Shown here: in pieces, positions 7,043 to 10,037 of the stretch
How the letters are laid out: each line of letters begins with the position of its first letter
Numbering within the stretch: the first letter of the stretch is position 1
DNA from: Nitrososphaeraceae archaeon
GTDB taxonomy: Archaea > Thermoproteota > Nitrososphaeria > Nitrososphaerales > Nitrososphaeraceae
Reading direction: 5' to 3'
NCBI GenBank assembly: GCA_035297365.1
Contig: DATGZA010000025.1
Coordinates: 1-10,037, forward strand
DNA: 10,037 bases
Position numbers and translations under genes: made by a program
The notes under the pieces: model-generated
What the model was told of the DNA's origin: nothing
Databases searched by the model: none
Seen by the model: only the letters and a program-made list of their open reading frames with translations

Positions 7043-7278
7043 TTTTTCTTTTATTTTAATCTTATAAGATTTTTCTATCGTTGTATTATGTTCTGTACGA
7101 AAAAATATGAATGGGTCTCATTTTAGAGATAATAATTTATTTAGAACATTATTACTGGTCATTTTTAAGCTCTCGGCATCTAAAAATATTGTAAGCATAT
7201 AGCGACTTTCAATTATTAATTATATATATGTTAATAAAAATTTAAGAATTTATTGAATCTTCTATTGAACGTTTTTGA

Positions 7279-7446
7279 CTAACTATAATTGAAAAAAATT
7301 CTTAACCTTCTCAGCTAATAGTCTATTGTTACCTGTGTTCTAACTGCAAACAGGAATAAAGAATATGCACTAGATTCTTCAAATTTTTGTTCTATTTTCA
7401 CAATTTTCTTTTTTTCATTTCTTATTTTTATTATTTTGTAACGCAA
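7279..7446 (-). pseudogene. N-terminal remnant of a thaumarchaeal-type tyrosine recombinase/integrase
   Basis: TTG start, then RYKIIKIRNEKKKIVKIEQKFEESSAYSLFLFAVRTQVTIDY*LRRLRIFFNYS*. This resembles, from memory, the N-terminal AYSLFxxAxRxxxTxDYYLRRLRIFFN segment of Nitrososphaeraceae integrases. In-frame TAG at 7317-7315; no catalytic domain is visible. Confidence 0.6.
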
Positions 7447-7562
7447 ATTTTTTCAACATATGTAAATTGTACTTGTTGATAATGTTGTCGATTGTTTTTA
7501 AAAGCTAATTTGTGGTAATTAGGTTTACTACATTAAAAGATGTAGAGTTTTAATAGTAACTT

Positions 7563-8675
7563 TCATAAAAATAATTCTTTTACTTTATTTACAAATGTTT
7601 CTTTATCAATAGGCTTTGTTATTATGAGATCTTTGTCCAATCCTGGAATCAAAGTCAATATTTCATCTGCAATATACAAACCAGTAATAAAAAGAACCTT
7701 TATAGTAAGATCTATACTCTTGATTTGCTGATAAAGTTGAAATCCATTTAATTTGCTCATTCTAATATCTGCAATTACCAATAGATTCTGATAAAAAGGA
7801 TTTGATCGCAAGTACTCTACTGCCATAGTAGGGTCGATAAAGGATGTAACATAAAAGTCATGTGCTGTTAAAAATAATTCTATGGTTGTTAATACTTCAG
7901 GATCGTCATCTACTAAAATGACTTTTTTTCTGAGATCATAATTCCTATAAATCATTTGTTGACTTTCCTGTTCTTTATCTAATATGATAGAATAGCTAGC
8001 ATTAGTTTCTCCATTAGAATCTGAAATATCCTGATCTTTTAAATATTCACTCTTAGATGGTCTTCTTTCTATTGTATATGTAAAATATTTAATATCTGAA
8101 GAGATATTATATTGTTCTGACTTGGTAAAATTATATAATTTTTCAAAAAATGGAGAATAAGCGTTCAATATTCTATAAAGATTATCTCCTATCCTCAATT
8201 CATTCTGTAAAGATAATTGATTAATTTTTGCACATAAATTCACAGTTGATCCAAACAAATCGAGTTGATTATATTCTCCAGATAGTGCTATTTCTACTAC
8301 TCCATAATCCAAGCTGATTCTGTAGTTAAATGGTGAAAAGTTTTCTCTTGATAACTTGTCGTTGATATTATGACGATTCTCAAGAATCTCAAAAGAACAT
8401 TCTAATGCTTCATAAAAAGCTGAGATATTTGTACTGTCAGATGTCTTGGGAAAGTAAAATAAAAGCGAATCTCCCATATTTTTTATTATTTTAGCCTTAT
8501 TCTTTTTAGCTATCTTGGATACCGAATTGATAAACGTTTCATAATATCTTCTAGTATCTTTCGAATTGCAAAACGCTAAAGTGTTTTTAGTTGAATCGAC
8601 CAAATCAATAAAACAAATACAACAATTTATACTAATATCAGAGAATTTGATTCCTTTTGAACCGACAAATCTCAT
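7563..8675 (-). CDS. Class III nucleotide cyclase fused to a C-terminal response-regulator receiver domain
   Basis: Cyclase: Asp24 (CFIDLVDST), Lys65/Asp69 (IIKNMGDS), Asp139 (QLDLFG), Asn146 and Lys150 in place of the usual Arg (VNLCAKIN). Receiver: VILVDDD, IADIRM, FITG, TKPI. Confidence 0.92.
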   Translation of the reverse strand: MRFVGSKGIKFSDISINCCICFIDLVDSTKNTLAFCNSKDTRRYYETFINSVSKIAKKNKAKIIKNMGDSLLFYFPKTSDSTNISAFYEALECSFEILENRHNINDKLSRENFSPFNYRISLDYGVVEIALSGEYNQLDLFGSTVNLCAKINQLSLQNELRIGDNLYRILNAYSPFFEKLYNFTKSEQYNISSDIKYFTYTIERRPSKSEYLKDQDISDSNGETNASYSIILDKEQESQQMIYRNYDLRKKVILVDDDPEVLTTIELFLTAHDFYVTSFIDPTMAVEYLRSNPFYQNLLVIADIRMSKLNGFQLYQQIKSIDLTIKVLFITGLYIADEILTLIPGLDKDLIITKPIDKETFVNKVKELFL

Positions 8676-8812
8676 TGATAATTAACAACCCCGTCGAATG
8701 GAAAAATGATAGTAATAATAAAAATTAACGAAATTTTACCCTTGTTCTCGTTACTTGTAAGTGAATTCGACAATTATTTCTCTTCCTATTTTTTCTTTTA
8801 TATTTTTTAATA

Positions 8813-8836
8813 TTAAAAGTTATAGTTTAAAAGTTA
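8813..8836. repeat. 10-bp direct repeat TTAAAAGTTA-N4-TTAAAAGTTA in the divergent intergenic region
   Basis: Copies at 8813-8822 and 8827-8836. Confidence 0.5.
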
Positions 8837-8980
8837 GTGAAATCCTAAACATAGAACTATACAAAATATTTAATATTTTGTAATAATTATAAATTTGTAT
8901 AATTATGAAGAAATTATTAGATTGATATATGGAAAAAATATACTTTATTTTTTGTAAAGTTATTAATTCATTCCCTTAAG

Positions 8981-8994
8981 ATTAAACTTTAAAT
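8981..8994 (+). promoter_or_regulatory. Candidate BRE/TATA promoter for the 9018 gene
   Basis: ATTAAAC-TTTAAAT with the TATA-like box at 8988-8994, ~24-30 nt upstream of TTG 9018. Confidence 0.4.
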
Positions 8995-9017
8995 CAAATA
9001 ATCATCTAAAAAGCATA

Positions 9018-9514
9018 TTGCCAAAGAACAGCACTCATACAATTATAGAAAGAAGAAGTAAAGTCATAATGCTTTTGGCTGAAGGAAAGACACAGATTCA
9101 AATTGCTCCTTTTTTAAAAGTATCTCCTCAACTGATTCATGATGATAAAAAAGCCATAGAAAGAGATGTACAAAAATACATAATGGAAAATGCTTCCAAA
9201 AATACCGCGTACCTTCTCTATATTTCAATGGGCAATATTTTAAGAGTAAACAGAGAGGCATGGAAAATATACGAGGATAAAAAACGACGGCGAGGGATAA
9301 GATCAACAGTCTCAAAGTATCCATTCAGGCTTCTGAGGCATTACAGCATCTGGCAATAGAGGGATTCAACTCTCAAGAGGCATATATGACAACAATGGAC
9401 CTGCAGAAAGTATAAGATGAACAGAATAATAACAAAATAAATTATCCGGTAATTCCTTTGGTGAATGAAGAATCAGATGTTATAGATTTAGAACATTCAC
9501 CTACTTCATCATAA
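9018..9514 (+). pseudogene. Frameshifted HTH-domain protein (N-terminal HTH plus helical bundle)
   Basis: HTH: IERRSKVIMLLAEGKTQIQIAPFLKVSPQLIHDDKKAI. After REAWKIYEDKK, the -1 frame at the A6 run 9279-9284 continues TTARDKINSLKVSIQASEALQHLAIEGFNSQEAYMTTMDLQKV to TAA 9413-9415. That frame is open again to TAA 9512-9514. Confidence 0.7.
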
Positions 9515-9877
9515 ATTACCAGATCAGATGACGATACATACAGATAATGAAAAATAATCCTCATTATTTCGAGTTGAAATATAATATTGTTCCTATGTTT
9601 ACATAAAATATGAGATGATTTAATAAGATAAATATACTTTCAAGATTTTATTTATGAGTGAAACGATTTTTTGTAATAGAATAACATATCTAAAATATAT
9701 AGTCAAGATTATTATTATTCCTTTTATATCTAATATTACATTATACTGATATGATAACCATTCCTTAATTTGATAATAATGAATTGATTCGAATTATAAA
9801 AATAAAATTATTTGATCAAATAAAAATGAAATAGGATCAGTAATATGGTTTTTTTGATTTTCTGTATAGGAAGAATG

Positions 9878-9914
9878 TATTCAATAGTGTTATAATATTC
9901 AATAGTGTTATAAT
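9878..9914. repeat. 18-bp tandem duplication TATTCAATAGTGTTATAA x2
   Basis: Exact copies at 9878-9895 and 9896-9913. Confidence 0.9.
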
Positions 9915-10037
9915 CTTTATATCTTTTAATGAGAAAGTACGACATAACTATGGACTTCCATCGTAAAAAAAGGAATAGAGACAACTTTTTATACGTTGTT
10001 GCCGCATTAGTCACAGACATTTGATATGGGAGACAGT

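Noticed and set aside
7528-7545. CTACAT/ATGTAG hairpin (and CTACGA/TCGTAG at 4172-4191) as terminators
   Set aside because: 6-bp stems are expected by chance, and archaeal termination mainly relies on U-tracts.
5524-7562. CRISPR array or complete tRNA/rRNA gene in the long gap
   Set aside because: No regularly spaced repeats and no full cloverleaf were found by eye.
9276-9290. Programmed -1 ribosomal frameshift in the HTH gene
   Set aside because: The in-frame heptamer is T-AAA-AAA, not X-XXY-YYZ, and no clear stimulatory structure follows.
9064-9324. 86-aa minus-strand ORF
   Set aside because: Antisense to the HTH gene; no independent support.
9808-10020. 70-aa minus-strand ORF as a real CDS
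   Set aside because: No recognisable motif, AT-driven composition, includes the tandem duplication, and the frame runs to the window edge, so it cannot be judged.

Overview
Very AT-rich window whose gene families, TATA-led leaderless gene starts and low-complexity protein insertions suggest a soil ammonia-oxidising archaeon (Nitrososphaeraceae-like). This taxonomy is inferred, not verified. Intact genes are an HSL-family esterase with a probable signal peptide, a flavin disulfide oxidoreductase, a two-gene module of a signal-less cupredoxin plus a class III adenylate cyclase, and a second class III cyclase fused to a C-terminal receiver domain. Between them lies decayed accessory DNA: a frameshifted SdhA/FrdA-type C-terminal fragment, an integrase-like N-terminal remnant, a frameshifted HTH protein, a truncated winged-helix ORF, four co-oriented ~50-codon ORFs and two tRNA-3'-end-like motifs. 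The best candidate for an undescribed system is the cytoplasmic cupredoxin-adenylate cyclase pair, which may couple copper or redox state to cAMP.
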